The notes beneath the pieces were generated by a model. That model saw nothing but the letters and a program-made list of their open reading frames with translations. It was not told the origin of the DNA and searched no databases. DNA of 64,000 nt, taken from an uncultured delta proteobacterium (GTDB taxonomy: Bacteria; Myxococcota; Kuafuiibacteriia; Kuafuiibacteriales; Kuafuiibacteriaceae). Position numbers and translations under genes: made by a program. This document shows, piece by piece, positions 62,934-64,000 of this stretch (position 1 is its first letter; each line of letters begins with the position of its first letter). Location: positions 32,001 to 96,000 of the forward strand of contig CAWDML010000010.1 of the NCBI GenBank assembly GCA_963803435.1, given 5' to 3'.

Positions 62934-64000
62934 GCGCCGTGCTCGTGTCGATCGATCGCCCGAAGCATTCGGTCGGCGAACGCGTCGTAGGTCCCGGCCT
63001 CGATCGCCGCCCGCGCCTCGACCATGAGATTGTTGTAGTGGTGGAAGTTGTGCAGCGTCAGCAACCGGTACCCGAGCGGCTCCTTGCACTTGAAGAGGTG
63101 GTGGAGATACGCGCGGCTATGACGCCGGCATGTCGTGCAGTCGCAGGAGGCGTCGAGCGCGACGTCCTGCCCCGCGGCCTCGCCCCGCGTGACCTTCACG
63201 CGGCCTGTCGACGTGAATGCGGTGCCCTGCCAGGCGAGGAGCGTCGGGATCATGCAGTCGAACATGTCCACGCCGGCGCGGATCGCGACCAGCAGATCCG
63301 CAGGATAGCCGACCCCCATGAGATAGCAGGGGCGGTCCGGCGGGAGCAGGCCGGTGGTCGACTCGACGATCTCGACCCGCTCGGCCTGGCTGTCCCCGAC
63401 GGCGAGGCCGCCGATCGCGAACCCGTCGAAGTCGTGGGCGGTGAGAAAGGCCGCCGAGGCGCGGCGGAGCTCGGGCACGACCCCGCCCTGCACGATCGCG
63501 AAGAGCGCCTGCTCGGGGTTCGTGCGGGCGGCCAGGCTCCGGAGCGCCCAGCGGTGGGTGCGGTCCATCGCCTCGCGCATGGTCGCCTCGTCTGAGCGGG
63601 AGTCGAGGCAGACGTCCAGCACCATCATGATGTCGGATCCGAGCGCCGTCTGCATCTCGAGCGAGCGTTCCGGCGACAGGAGGTGCACCCGCTGATCCAC
63701 GTAGCTCCTGAACCGCGCGCCTTTCTCGCTGATGGTGCGGTCGGACGCGAGCGAGAAGATCTGATAGCCGCCGGAGTCGGTGAGGATCGGCCCCGACCAC
63801 CCCATGAAGGCGTGCAGGCCGCCGACCCGCTGGAATAGCTCGATGCCGGGGCGCAGCATCAGGTGGTACGTGTTACCCAGGACCACCTGGACACCCGAGC
63901 GCCGCAGGTCCTCAGGCTCGAGCCCGGTGACGGTCGCACGCGTCCCGACCGCCATGAACGCCGGCGTCTCGATCGCGCCGTGGCGGGTCTCGATCCGACC
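62930..64000 (-). CDS. tgt: tRNA-guanine transglycosylase family protein (divergent paralog), 5' end outside the window
   Basis: ETPAFMAVGT, NTYHL, TDSGGYQ, IVQGG, GGLAVG, DMFDC, Zn site CDCTTC…H. Confidence 0.9.
   Translation of the reverse strand, partial: GRIETRHGAIETPAFMAVGTRATVTGLEPEDLRRSGVQVVLGNTYHLMLRPGIELFQRVGGLHAFMGWSGPILTDSGGYQIFSLASDRTISEKGARFRSYVDQRVHLLSPERSLEMQTALGSDIMMVLDVCLDSRSDEATMREAMDRTHRWALRSLAARTNPEQALFAIVQGGVVPELRRASAAFLTAHDFDGFAIGGLAVGDSQAERVEIVESTTGLLPPDRPCYLMGVGYPADLLVAIRAGVDMFDCMIPTLLAWQGTAFTSTGRVKVTRGEAAGQDVALDASCDCTTCRRHSRAYLHHLFKCKEPLGYRLLTLHNFHHYNNLMVEARAAIEAGTYDAFADRMLRAIDRHEHGA

Overview
High-GC bacterial DNA, most consistent with a Myxococcota-type organism (inferred from Cys-rich lipoproteins with 'DAG' linkers, a Pkn-type kinase and a TIGR02996-like motif). 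No tRNA, rRNA or CRISPR array was seen. 0.5-23 kb: a double hybrid histidine kinase and surface lipoproteins, including an 8x Ig + ~10-blade propeller protein and an alpha-2-macroglobulin split by two +1 frameshifts. 23-28 kb: gpsA, a degenerate BioD-like protein, a cardiolipin synthase and a Ser/Thr kinase. 28-32 kb: methyltransferase / SGNH / carbamoyltransferase / small-protein module. 32-42 kb: an accessory region with many gene remnants (IS fragment, 5'-truncated group II intron, truncated btpA, hydrolase and radical SAM fragments). 42.5-54.7 kb: an ilvD-ilvN-ilvC-leuA-leuC-leuD-leuB-ilvE-ilvB-cimA operon with a clear Leu/Ile leader-peptide attenuator. 55-64 kb: a predicted sigma54-driven amt + porin, a NusA-NTD-like fusion protein, a kelch/LysR pair and a divergent tgt coupled to an MnmC-like methyltransferase. 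Best candidate for a new system: the small protein ends in FIYEMF, matching the DltX-type tyrosine acyl-shuttle motif, but sits with a carbamoyltransferase and an SGNH enzyme and no MBOAT, suggesting a soluble carbamoyl relay. All family assignments are by motif recognition; no searches were run.
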